A DNA stretch of 63,978 nt, counting the filler, from Stramenopiles sp. TOSAG23-3 (taxonomy: Eukaryota), in the NCBI GenBank assembly GCA_900128585.1. It is 5 parts of 5 records of this genome, joined end to end, with 100 filler letters (N's around TTAATTAATTAA, not from the genome) between each part and the next. Parts side by side here need not be neighbours in the genome. Positions count along the whole stretch, not along the records: positions 12,835 to 25,558 come from LT642665.1; positions 25,659 to 38,380 come from LT642666.1; 3 more parts are not named here. The stretch is one strand, 5' to 3'. The notes beneath the pieces were generated by a model that saw only the letters and a list, made by a program, of their open reading frames with translations, was not told the origin of the DNA and did no database searches. Numbering within the stretch: the stretch's first letter is position 1; each line of letters starts with the position of its first letter. Positions 19,451 through 29,494 of this stretch are shown piece by piece. A program made the position numbers and the translations under genes.

Positions 19451-22294
19451 TTAATGACCGCAGGGCATCCCCAAGGATTCGCAGGTAAACTGGCCGGAGA
19501 CCTCATGCCCGCTTCGGCACGATGAAGTAATTTTCTTGTGTGACACCGTGCATCGTCCATTGACGAATTCTGTTCCCTCGGCGCAGCAGCCACCATTCGA
19601 ACAACCATGGGAAATCGGGGTGTGAGTGTCAGAACCATCGTCATCCCCTTCAACATTCTCCGTGATAGGTTCGTCGGATTCACACTTGGAGTCTCCAACG
19701 CCACATTCCGAAACAGCTTGTGATGCATAAGCGTCCACCACAGTTGAGCTCAAGAGAGAACGGCGCTGTCCTACGAACGTTTTCCCCTCTGACAAAGCAA
19801 CAATACGATCACTATCGTCTTCGATCGTGGTTTCTGATGTGGTGCCCACTGTGGTGATAATTTCTACATTCCCGTCGACAATACGGCAACGTGGCTCCTT
19901 GAACCCCCGCAATGTACGAATTTCCTTGATTACTGCCTTCAGGTGGGTCTTAATTTTTTGCAACAACGCGTGTGTGCATTTAGGACTTCCGATTAACAGA
20001 GCCGTGCGAATCTTTTTCTTGTACGAGTAGCGTGTAGCATTCCCACTTGCCATGAGGGTTCCCAGGCGCTGCAATTTTTCTCGTACCTCTTGTTGCTGGG
20101 TATCTGAATGGTTCGTGACGCCGGATACCTGGGTGTACTTTTCCATGCCTTGAATCATGCAGTCGTCCCACTGATTACCCGCTTTGGTACACGCTGCAAA
20201 CGTGTCTGATGCGCCCTTGATGGACGCCATTTCTTTCGTCTGGCCGTACTTTCGCTTGTTCAATCCAGTACTGAGGGCTTCCTCCTTCGCTTTTGCTCTG
20301 CACTCCTCCATGTTGTTTGGTTCACAACTTTCCCCAGGAGATTTGATCAGAGTGACGTAAGCCTTCTTCTTTATATCTGACGCAGACACGGTAGTCTCCA
20401 ACGCCATCATGCTTTTGATTTTTTCTTTCTCTTCACGAAGAACAGTTTCGCACTGGGCCCGTTTTGTGGCGTCCTTCCCTGCAATTTTCATGCACAAACG
20501 AAAGTTCTCGCCAACTGCCTTGATCGCGGTGTCTCGCTCCATTTTGTCTTGCTGATCTTTGATCGTGGATTCGTCTTCGCGGGGAAGCAGGTGTTTCATC
20601 AGCCTGTTGATTTCGGCCCTTGCTGCGTTCACGCACAGCGATTGCTCTTCTCTCTCTTTCTTTATGCACACACGGTGTGCTTTAGAAAATTCTCTCGACA
20701 AAATAGTTTTGACAAAGCGTTCTTGGTGTGTTCTCAGGACACGCTTTCCGTGCTCCTCGCACGCCAGGCAGGAGGGGATCAAAGCTTTGCAGCACATGAC
20801 TTTTGGGTAGCCCCCGAAATCCATGAACGTACTAAACGAGTCTCTGCAAGTCGCGGTATACTTGTCTTCTTTTGCCCTGATACAAGCTTTGACATCTTCA
20901 AGGGCTTCCTCGAGGGCAGCCTCTTGCATGATGCGTTTCTTTTCCAGTTGAGATACCTTGTCATTTCCCATAGATATTTCAATGTTCTCGGACGCCTTGT
21001 TGTCGCACTCGGCACTGGACCTCTGTCCATCCTCGCACTGGCTAAGCGCTTCCTTGGCAGCTTGGATGGCGGCTTGCTCCTTTAAGCGCTCCACCTCTTC
21101 CTCCGAAACATCTCTGTTGTCTTTCACCAACTTGGATTCTTTCAGTGCATTTACAAAACTGTTGTGGCACATCTTCATTTTATCAGTGTCTTCTCCCGCT
21201 TCCAATCGGCATGCATGCATGCGTTCGTGAATAAATTTAGCCCTTACCTGCTCTTGGCGCGTTTCAAGCTCATATTTGGTAATTTTTGAAGGGTCTCTCC
21301 CTTCTGCTTCGGATATCGCCTTCTTTATTTGATCCTCGCATTGCTCTTTCTGTGCGTCCGTTTTAGCTTCGCATGATTTCAAGGCTACCATTATGTTTTC
21401 GTTCCCACCGCGACGAATGGCTTTGTGCACCGACGAGTCTTTGGCATCGTTAGGGTCCTTTCCGTTTATGTCAGCGATGGTTTTCTTCAGCTCTTGCTCC
21501 TGGGAATTTCGGCACTCTTTCTTCTCAGCTTCGTTCGTTGCTTCGGACGTGCACGCTTTCATCATTTCTTGTATTCGCGTGTTGGTGTACTTTTCACGCG
21601 CATGAGAGATGAACTGGGGCGAGCATTGTACGTCACCCCTGGCCGCTTTGCACGCTTCAAGAATTTCACCTGTCATTCCACAACTGTCTTTCTCAGAGGC
21701 TTCGGAATTGACTATGCATTCATACAATAATTCCCCGATCTCTTCTAACGCGCCGTTGTCAATTTCTTGCCTCACTTCAGGTTGACTTAAGGTTCGGTTG
21801 TACAACAATCGAAGCTTTTCGCTGGCGTCCTTGTGGCATTGGTGTATTTTCATTCGGTCATGCTCCGCTGCTTTTGTGCACTCGCTAATGAATTGGGAGA
21901 CAATTCGTTCTGATGTAGAATACACTTGTTTTTTTTGCTGGGTGACGGTGGGCTGAGACGCCCCCTTTGCCCTCAAAATTTGGTACATATGGGCACACTT
22001 CTCAGGGCTATCCCTTCGTATGCGACAGGCTCCGACGTGCATTTCGACCGCCTTATTTTGCATTTGCGTAACGCTGTGATGGTTTGTGGCTATGCCACAA
22101 GATTGCATTTGCAGGGAGAGTTTCCCACGGCATGCGTCCGTGGCACCGTTTGCGTGTGGAGAGTTAGCGGCCAACATACATTTCGTATAGTCTTTCACTG
22201 CAGCATCTAGACAATGTTTTCCCCGGGTATACGCGGAGTGCGTTGGCACCGAGAGCACACAGAGGCCTACTAGGAGGAGGATTACGAGTTTCAT
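19451..22294 (-). CDS. Large secreted protein made of helical Cys-pair repeats
   Basis: 947 aa with a signal peptide and many C-x(8-13)-C charged units (e.g. ACTSEATNEAEKKEC). Also has CCKALIPSCLAC, RRSLL and a Cys-rich C-terminus. Confidence 0.8.
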   Translation of the reverse strand: MKLVILLLVGLCVLSVPTHSAYTRGKHCLDAAVKDYTKCMLAANSPHANGATDACRGKLSLQMQSCGIATNHHSVTQMQNKAVEMHVGACRIRRDSPEKCAHMYQILRAKGASQPTVTQQKKQVYSTSERIVSQFISECTKAAEHDRMKIHQCHKDASEKLRLLYNRTLSQPEVRQEIDNGALEEIGELLYECIVNSEASEKDSCGMTGEILEACKAARGDVQCSPQFISHAREKYTNTRIQEMMKACTSEATNEAEKKECRNSQEQELKKTIADINGKDPNDAKDSSVHKAIRRGGNENIMVALKSCEAKTDAQKEQCEDQIKKAISEAEGRDPSKITKYELETRQEQVRAKFIHERMHACRLEAGEDTDKMKMCHNSFVNALKESKLVKDNRDVSEEEVERLKEQAAIQAAKEALSQCEDGQRSSAECDNKASENIEISMGNDKVSQLEKKRIMQEAALEEALEDVKACIRAKEDKYTATCRDSFSTFMDFGGYPKVMCCKALIPSCLACEEHGKRVLRTHQERFVKTILSREFSKAHRVCIKKEREEQSLCVNAARAEINRLMKHLLPREDESTIKDQQDKMERDTAIKAVGENFRLCMKIAGKDATKRAQCETVLREEKEKIKSMMALETTVSASDIKKKAYVTLIKSPGESCEPNNMEECRAKAKEEALSTGLNKRKYGQTKEMASIKGASDTFAACTKAGNQWDDCMIQGMEKYTQVSGVTNHSDTQQQEVREKLQRLGTLMASGNATRYSYKKKIRTALLIGSPKCTHALLQKIKTHLKAVIKEIRTLRGFKEPRCRIVDGNVEIITTVGTTSETTIEDDSDRIVALSEGKTFVGQRRSLLSSTVVDAYASQAVSECGVGDSKCESDEPITENVEGDDDGSDTHTPISHGCSNGGCCAEGTEFVNGRCTVSHKKITSSCRSGHEVSGQFTCESLGMPCGH

Positions 22295-23180
22295 ACTGGT
22301 TCACGAGATAGAGTATATTTAATACGTTGCTCAGCAAACCTTGGAGAGAGATTTTTCGTTGTTGGAAATATGTGGAAACATGTTAAAATGAAACTTTTAT
22401 GTTCCTAAATATTAATAAGTACACTCGTATATGGTTCATGCATAAGATGTATACTAATATAATTTGTTTTTAAATATATTAATAATTAATTTTTAAAATT
22501 ATTATTATTTTATTTGTGTTCTTCCTTCCTGTTGTTGTGTTGTTAGAAGAAAGACATTTTTATGCCGTCATATTTTGTAATAACCTTTAAGGGCAATATT
22601 GTATATGAATATGTACATGCATTTAATATATAAATAAATGTGAATGATTTATATATGAGATGGGATGGTTTTATTCAATAACGGGAAAAAGGAATATTGT
22701 TAGAATCCTTACTTCATACTGTATCCAACATAAAAGTTATTTTTAGTTCTAAAAAAAGATCGATCTTTTCATATAGTGGAGGACCAATCAAAATTCTAAA
22801 CTCAAAAAATACACTAGGACTACGAGGATCACACAACTGAAACCGAAAATAATTAATTAGGGGAAACAGCCCAAAAAAATTGAAACATTCATTCTTCAGT
22901 TCTTCAGACGGTCTGGTCGTCTGGTCGTCTGGTCTGGTCTGTCTCTATTTTGAAAAGGTTATCATCGGCTGCTGTGAGTTGTGAGTTCTGTGAGCAAAAC
23001 TAAAAGAAAAGGAAAAAAAAGGGGAAACAAGGAAACTGGAATAATATAATAAACGAAAAAATAATATTGTAAAAATTACTACAACACATTTTAGTAATTT
23101 TAATGGAATCTTAAAATTCATTTAAAAAATCAAAAAAAAATAATTATTTATTTGTTGGCTGGCTGGTTGTTACTTTTTAA

Positions 23181-23226
23181 AAGTAATTAAAAAACAAGAA
23201 AATTGGCTGTTATTTTTTAAGTAATT
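23181..23226 (+). promoter_or_regulatory. Conserved 3'-flank element, copy E
   Basis: AAGTAATTAAAAAACAAGAAAATTGGCTGTTATTTTTTAAGTAATT. Confidence 0.75.
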
Positions 23227-23336
23227 TAAAAATATTTTAAAAAATATTTACAAAGACGTATTCGGATTTATTGACCGGTTGTGTTTTTGACAATGTCTAC
23301 ATAAGAAAAGCACCCCCAATTTCATAGGTCAACCGA

Positions 23337-25544
23337 TTATACACTTTTGTTGGCGTCAGTGGAATAGGCAAAAACGGCAATAATATATCGCACCCCTTTG
23401 AACAAGGGGAACCCCCCATGTTCAGTGCTACCAGTAAAGCACACAACCCCCCCACTATCCACATTGTGCACCGTTTGGGACTGTGCTAAATACAACCCCC
23501 CACCTTCATATTCACGCCGGTCATTCAGTGCAACGGTGAAGGAGAACTGGCTCTGGTCGCAATGGACGGGCAACGCACGTTGCTTGCTGGCGTTGTATTT
23601 TACAATAAAGGCATCGACGATCCTCAAAGTCTCGGGGGGTGCGTGAAATAAATGCGCCAAAGCAGGAAACAAAAACGTTTGAAGCAGGCTGTTGAAAAGG
23701 GGCAAAATAGGAGCCACATCCCTAACCGGGACGTCCGTTGTGGGAACGGCGTAATGGCGGCTTGTGGCCCATCTCCCTTTCATTGAGGTCTCCACCGTCT
23801 CAATAATTAAAGCGCACAGATCTGGGGGTATCAATGGCCTGTTTTCTTTGCTTATAAAAACATTCCCCTCAACTACAGTGTCAAACATGGAATCTAATGG
23901 GGGCATCCCACCGCTCTTTTCCACACCATGGGCTGTCCCGTTGTAAGGGTAGTACGACAGCGCTTCGCCACACTTTCCTGAGATGGTTTTATCCCCCGGC
24001 GCCAACTTTAAGGCATTCATTAGAAATTCGTGACCATCGTTCCACTTATCATCCCACGATAAGACGCGGGACAAACCGTACAGGCACTCTGCGTCGTTTG
24101 GAATCATGGTCAAAATTTCGCGAAAAATTGATATTGCGTCTGCGTGCCGGCCATCTTCTTGGGCTAATACTGCTAGATCTTTCATTGTACCAATCTTCAG
24201 CATGTGGGTAGACTCCGCTTCCCCTTTCTTACCTTCGTAAGTGCACAAGGGGCATTTGCAGTCCAAAATTCCTAATTCCGCTAAATAATATGTTCGCGTT
24301 TCAAACGGTAAGTTTCGGGGTATAAACGACAGGGTTGTCCCAGAAGCATCGCAGGGATTGCTGTGCTTCAATCTCCATTTCAACGTCATTCCAAGGGAGG
24401 TGGTTTCTCCGGCGGTAAAAACAACTTCGGAGTTCGGAAGACAGCTGTGTTTGACCGAACGCATGTCGATGTTTTCCACATACCATGCAATCCCATTGAC
24501 GCCCGGGAAATACTTTGCTGGGTCAACTAAAATCTGGTTGAGCGATGGCGTTGCTTCCACCCGTATTTCCCCGTCAGAGGGTGAAGTGTTGGATTCCTCG
24601 GTATGCTCTGAAACGTCGTCTTCGATTTCGTCGTCCGCGCCACCGTGAAGCGTTCTTGCAGCATTTAGCAACAGTTCACTTATCTGAACACCGTGCTGCC
24701 TATCCGTGCCCATTATACTGGGGAATTGGTGCCGACAATATTCCGCGAGAACCGACGTTGTCGCCGGGGCATTGCTGTTATTGGTATCCCCACCGCCAAA
24801 CCGAAAGCTATGCTGACTCAAAAAAGTCAAAAGTTTGGCAAAATACTCCACGCTATCCCTTTCTTTTCCAAGGGTGTTGGAAAGGCCAACAATGGCCTGG
24901 GCCAACAGTTCGTATGCTTCAAGAAGCATGTCTCTACACATATCGACATAATCTTCTGTATCGTCTGCAATTTCGTCGGAATCTTCTATTGACTGTATAA
25001 TTTTCGAAATATCCCACCACGGCGACGCGTCTCTCACGGCAGAAAACGTTGGCAGCAACGGGGGTTCGGAGGAGGGGGCACCCATCATTTCGCTCCCGTT
25101 GCGCTCTCGTTCCTCTCTCGCAACGCTGTACGCGAACATCTGGGCCGCAAGACACATTTCCATCTGTATTTCTTCTGGCGCCTGCATTGTTAATAAACGG
25201 AATTTGTACAAAGGGTGATCCTCATTGACGGGGCCGACACACAAGAGATTGTGACCGTCCCGCACCGCGCGCTCCCGGCAGACTCTACTGCAATAAATAT
25301 TTCCACATCCATTATCGCAACGGCAGGGTCCATTGTCGTTACCTTTCGAAACCGGGGGCCACGATAGTTTTGGATTGTGGGGTACAGGCGCAACATATAT
25401 TTCCCCAAGAAACGACGGGTCGTTGACAACAGCCAGTTGATAGTCTACGGACGGAAGTTGCGCCCCACACTTTGAACAGACAACATTTATGAACTTATCT
25501 TCGAAGCGCTGCTCGAAAAGCACGGGTTTTCCTATGTTTTCCAT
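23337..25544 (-). CDS. SMYD-like (MYND/SET/post-SET) - TPR - 2OG-Fe(II) dioxygenase fusion, probably 5'-truncated
   Basis: MYND-like CSKC..CDNGCGNIYCSRVC..H..LC, SET-like KHSCLPN, post-SET CKCPLC, TPR helices, and a dioxygenase with HxD (LPVHCD), HGG and RY. The ORF runs to the contig edge. Confidence 0.8.
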   Translation of the reverse strand: MENIGKPVLFEQRFEDKFINVVCSKCGAQLPSVDYQLAVVNDPSFLGEIYVAPVPHNPKLSWPPVSKGNDNGPCRCDNGCGNIYCSRVCRERAVRDGHNLLCVGPVNEDHPLYKFRLLTMQAPEEIQMEMCLAAQMFAYSVAREERERNGSEMMGAPSSEPPLLPTFSAVRDASPWWDISKIIQSIEDSDEIADDTEDYVDMCRDMLLEAYELLAQAIVGLSNTLGKERDSVEYFAKLLTFLSQHSFRFGGGDTNNSNAPATTSVLAEYCRHQFPSIMGTDRQHGVQISELLLNAARTLHGGADDEIEDDVSEHTEESNTSPSDGEIRVEATPSLNQILVDPAKYFPGVNGIAWYVENIDMRSVKHSCLPNSEVVFTAGETTSLGMTLKWRLKHSNPCDASGTTLSFIPRNLPFETRTYYLAELGILDCKCPLCTYEGKKGEAESTHMLKIGTMKDLAVLAQEDGRHADAISIFREILTMIPNDAECLYGLSRVLSWDDKWNDGHEFLMNALKLAPGDKTISGKCGEALSYYPYNGTAHGVEKSGGMPPLDSMFDTVVEGNVFISKENRPLIPPDLCALIIETVETSMKGRWATSRHYAVPTTDVPVRDVAPILPLFNSLLQTFLFPALAHLFHAPPETLRIVDAFIVKYNASKQRALPVHCDQSQFSFTVALNDRREYEGGGLYLAQSQTVHNVDSGGVVCFTGSTEHGGFPLFKGVRYIIAVFAYSTDANKSV

Positions 25545-25558
25545 GTTGGCATTGGGAA

Positions 25559-25658
25559 NNNNNNNNNNNNNNNNNNNNNNNNNNNNNNNNNNNNNNNNNN
25601 NNTTAATTAATTAANNNNNNNNNNNNNNNNNNNNNNNNNNNNNNNNNNNNNNNNNNNN
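25559..25658. other. Artificial contig linker
   Basis: N44-TTAATTAATTAA-N44. Confidence 0.97.
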
Positions 25659-25875
25659 TTTTTTTGTTATTATTTGTTTATACGTCCTCGTACCCCATCA
25701 TCATTTGTTGATCCTTATTTATTATTTTTTTATTCGTATGTGGTCGATTTACTAATTAACAAGAAATGCTCGAGCATTGTACCGAAACGATAACAAAATA
25801 AAAAGCAGTTTTGAAACCCAGAAACCACGCCTATTGAAAACCACCTCCTGAGAATTATTGCCAGTACAGTTCAGC

Positions 25876-26775
25876 ATGAGTGCGTTGACTTTCGAATCGT
25901 GCCCGGAGAACCCTAGCGCCAGTGAGGTCACGCGGCAGGAGCTTGCGCAGGAAAAGGCGCAGGCGGTGAGTTTTACCGGCAAGAGTGAAACAGGATTACA
26001 TACAATCAATGGGCATGGAAATAGTGACCCAAAAGTGGACAATGCAAAAGTGATGGAGAAACCTGCACTTTACGCCTGCAGTGACCTGAAGGGCTGGTTG
26101 AACAAAGACGGTTTTGAGTACAAAGGTCTACTTTTACGACGGTCGTTTGGGGGCAAATGGAATAAGTTTAGTGCTGTGGTTGACGAAGCCCTCAACCGAC
26201 TTAGCAATAGATATGAACTGGCAGTTAACGTTGAGGTTGTCGACGATCAAGAGCAGCTTTCAAGTCAACTGATTGCTGCCATCGATGGAATTCTTAGTAA
26301 AGCACAGCTCCCGGAATTGCTCTCCGAACAGATCCGTCTCGACGCCTCTCAGATCGGGTGCACGATCGCTTCCCTCTGTCCATCATCGAAGCATCTCACG
26401 GTGAAACTGGAAATTTTTGGAAAAAATAGCTGTAGTCGGTGGCACATAGACCACTACGTAGGGCGTGCCATTGTGAGCTACACGGGGGAGGTTGGTACTG
26501 AGTACACCAGAGATACAAACGTAGACTTTTGGGAGTTGAAGCACTGCGGAAACAATGATTGTGTTATAAAAAACAAGGAACTGGTAAAGAATGTGGAGGT
26601 TGGGGACATTCTTTTCATGAAGGGCGCAAAGTTCTCTCCCGGTGCAGCTGGGTTGGTTCACAAATCGCCGGCAAAACGATTCCACAAGGATGGAAGAATA
26701 GTCAATCGGCTGGTGCTCAAGGTTGATGTGCCACCGCTTGGTGGCATGGACCATATAAATAACGTGTTATCGTGA
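25876..26775 (+). CDS. DUF1826 family protein
   Basis: CSRWHIDHYVGRAIVSYTG..GTEY, GDILFMKG, GLVHKSP and RLVLKVD match the DUF1826 pattern (CP.FH.D, GTEW, GLVHRSP, RLLL.LD). First ATG at 25876. Confidence 0.85.
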   Translation: MSALTFESCPENPSASEVTRQELAQEKAQAVSFTGKSETGLHTINGHGNSDPKVDNAKVMEKPALYACSDLKGWLNKDGFEYKGLLLRRSFGGKWNKFSAVVDEALNRLSNRYELAVNVEVVDDQEQLSSQLIAAIDGILSKAQLPELLSEQIRLDASQIGCTIASLCPSSKHLTVKLEIFGKNSCSRWHIDHYVGRAIVSYTGEVGTEYTRDTNVDFWELKHCGNNDCVIKNKELVKNVEVGDILFMKGAKFSPGAAGLVHKSPAKRFHKDGRIVNRLVLKVDVPPLGGMDHINNVLS

Positions 26776-26874
26776 GTGGCCGCCTGGGTTTACACCGACG
26801 ACCTGCACGTCGCATGGAAGATTTTTACATTCAGTCGTACCCTGGCACGAAATAGTGAGAAGTTATCATAGTGA

Positions 26875-26928
26875 TTAAAAACAAAAAATTAGCCTTTATT
26901 TAAGTAATTAAAAGTTTATCTTCCTCAT
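26875..26928 (+). promoter_or_regulatory. Conserved 3'-flank element, copy F (both modules)
   Basis: TTAAAAACAAAAAATTAGCCTTTATTTAAGTAATTAAAAGTTTATCTTCCTCAT. Confidence 0.65.
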
Positions 26929-27049
26929 GTACCGCGAAAATGAATGTCGAGAACTTATATCTCTGCTCCTGAGATTAAAGTTCGAAATCTTTAATTTTCT
27001 GTTCTTTTATAATTCAACTTTTACTTCTACGTTCTTTTCAGCCCCGCAC

Positions 27050-28792
27050 TTATGGTTCTTTTCTTCCCAGTTGTTCCCCATTTTCTTTGCCCTCTTCGTC
27101 AGGTATAATGATCTCCCACATTTCTTTTGCCCTCCCATTAAAGAAGTGGTCTGGAAATTTCTTCCAGGGGTGATCTTTGACATCCTTGTTAAACGCGTCC
27201 TTCCCAGCGGCCATCTCCGCGTCTGTCAGAAGCGCACCGTTTAAAGCGTCGATGATTAGTTTTTTGCGCTCTGCGGTCAATCCAACGCCAATAATTACCA
27301 GAACAGAAGCACGGTCGCCAAAGCCACGGATGCTTCCGTGCCAAAGCCCTGCTTGTGTATGAGACATATACTGCCTCCAAGCACCCTCGTTCCACTTTTT
27401 GCGGGGGATGGCAGCAAGAAACGGCATCGCACTTTGCAAGCCAGCGTGACGGCCCACTGAGTGGAACTCAATTTGTATTGCGTTGCAATTTGCAAGCCAT
27501 AACTGACCTTTCGAGCGAACCACGCCCTGAAACACGCCCTCTGGCGGTTTTGTTCCGTCCTCTGGAAGCAGATGCCCAAAGCCCTTCAGACTGAGTGCGA
27601 GCCGTGTGGGATGAAAGGGTCGCGGATCGGCTTTGTCAGTTCGCCACACAAACGAGCCAATGCCATACTCTTCTGTCTCTGGGGTGTGACCGACGCCGCT
27701 CAAGTCCATTTGTAACTCTCGGATCCAGCCTGCGCTCAATTGAGCTTTCTGCATGTCGAAAAGATGGGTGTTGATTATTTGTGCCACATCAAAGTCTTTG
27801 AACTTGCTGACGGTCAGGCGGCCAGTTGTTGGCTTATCCGGAGAGGAAAGTTCAGAAGAATTTGCAAAATCGAACTTGTACCCAGGCACCAGAACCTTTG
27901 CGTCAGGATTAAATTTGCGCACTAAGCGCCCCACCTGCATTACCCTTCGATGGCGGGCCTCTGCATTTTCTGGGTGAACCAAATCAACCTTATTCAATAG
28001 GATTACGTTTGCAAACTCCAGTTGGTCGACGAGCAGCTTGTACAGCGAGGTAGGCTTTTTGTCTCCATTATCTTTTTCGTCACCGACGAGGCGTTCGCGC
28101 TCTCCTGGGGCTGACTGATCCCCTCCTAGGATGTGTAGAACGTTGTACAGATCGACAACCGTGACCAGTGTGTCCAATTGGGCATACTTGCTAAGAGGCT
28201 CAAAATCCTTGGCTGTGACAGAAGTAGAGTCGGACGCAGACTCTGACTCCGTCGCAACTGTTTCAACGCTTCCGTCCCTATCTGTCGAACTTGGGGTGGG
28301 AGAGGTAGAGGTGGGGGCGGCAGAATCTTCACCACTCGTAGTAGGTGGGGGCATGGGGCCACAGGACGATACGTCCATCACAAAGGTTTGTGCAACGGGC
28401 AGAGGTTCTGAGATTCCGGTGGACTCAATCACTACGTAATCCCAAGTCGGGGTACCACCATCGTCTGCCTCTTCACTGAGCTGTTTTATAGTCTTAAGCA
28501 GGTCGCCGCGGAGCGTACAGCAGATGCAACCGTTATGGAATTCCACCATCTGTGCCTCCTCTTGAACGAGCTTATGCCGCTTAATCTCGTCGGCATCGAT
28601 GTTCAAAGCACCCATATCGTTCACCACAACGGCTATCTTCATCTTGTGCCCGCGGTCTTGCAGTACTCGCTTCAGCAACGTTGTTTTCCCCGCCCCAAGA
28701 AACCCCGATAGAAGTGTAACTGGGATTGGTTGCGATGGACTCCGCCGAGGTAGTTGCCCAAGGAGGCCGGAATTGCTGCTCAATGCGCTCAT
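27050..28792 (-). CDS. COG0523 / CobW-family G3E GTPase (ZigA/YciC-like metallochaperone)
   Basis: Walker A SGFLGAGKTT, VVVNDMGALNID, GCICC metal motif, IESTGISEPLPVAQTF, NKVD, and CobW_C (RPFHP.RL, RSKGQLWLA). First ATG at 28792. Confidence 0.95.
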   Translation of the reverse strand: MSALSSNSGLLGQLPRRSPSQPIPVTLLSGFLGAGKTTLLKRVLQDRGHKMKIAVVVNDMGALNIDADEIKRHKLVQEEAQMVEFHNGCICCTLRGDLLKTIKQLSEEADDGGTPTWDYVVIESTGISEPLPVAQTFVMDVSSCGPMPPPTTSGEDSAAPTSTSPTPSSTDRDGSVETVATESESASDSTSVTAKDFEPLSKYAQLDTLVTVVDLYNVLHILGGDQSAPGERERLVGDEKDNGDKKPTSLYKLLVDQLEFANVILLNKVDLVHPENAEARHRRVMQVGRLVRKFNPDAKVLVPGYKFDFANSSELSSPDKPTTGRLTVSKFKDFDVAQIINTHLFDMQKAQLSAGWIRELQMDLSGVGHTPETEEYGIGSFVWRTDKADPRPFHPTRLALSLKGFGHLLPEDGTKPPEGVFQGVVRSKGQLWLANCNAIQIEFHSVGRHAGLQSAMPFLAAIPRKKWNEGAWRQYMSHTQAGLWHGSIRGFGDRASVLVIIGVGLTAERKKLIIDALNGALLTDAEMAAGKDAFNKDVKDHPWKKFPDHFFNGRAKEMWEIIIPDEEGKENGEQLGRKEP

Positions 28793-29494
28793 ATTTCTCT
28801 CTTTTATTAAAAACCCGTTTTTGGTAATGTTGTATTTGTATGTGCGATCTTGTGTTGTCCACTGTTTGTTGTGATCAACACATTTTAATTCCGAAAAGTA
28901 AACAGTTGATATTCCTGTAAACAAATAAATACAGGACTTTTATTTACGGAATCACCAAGGTATTAATACAGTGTAGTAACCAAACAGGAATAAAAAAACG
29001 AAGGAGGAGGAATCGAATATATAATACTTGTAAATTTGCGCACTTTTTTCTATGAGTGCTGTGTGCCTGTATTTAGAATGATGAAAATCGATCTGTGGCG
29101 GAGGAGGTCATTTCTTTTATAATGATGTTGGTGTAGTCCTATAAGAAAAAATCACCAATTTTGCTTTTTTTGGTGATGAACAAAAAACCGACTCTACACT
29201 ATAAAGAGAAGAAGGAATCTGCACTAATTATTACTAGACTAATAAAATATATAAAATATAGCCGTGCGTTATTATTAAGTACAAAAAAGGTAAACTTTAT
29301 TTACAGGAACATACTAAGTCCTCCTGGTATTGCGTTCAAGAAATTATTTATTTTCCTCCTCCTTGTTCTTCGTTGTTTGTTGAACAGCGCAGGAAGAATT
29401 TCTAGAAAGAAAAAATAATATAATAGTTTGGAAATCTTACTTCGCTTATATACATTTAATAGCATTACGGTATTTAACAAACGATAGACATCAT

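Noticed and set aside
26773-26875. TGA readthrough / selenocysteine at the end of DUF1826
   Set aside because: The domain is complete before the stop, and no SECIS-like hairpin was recognised.
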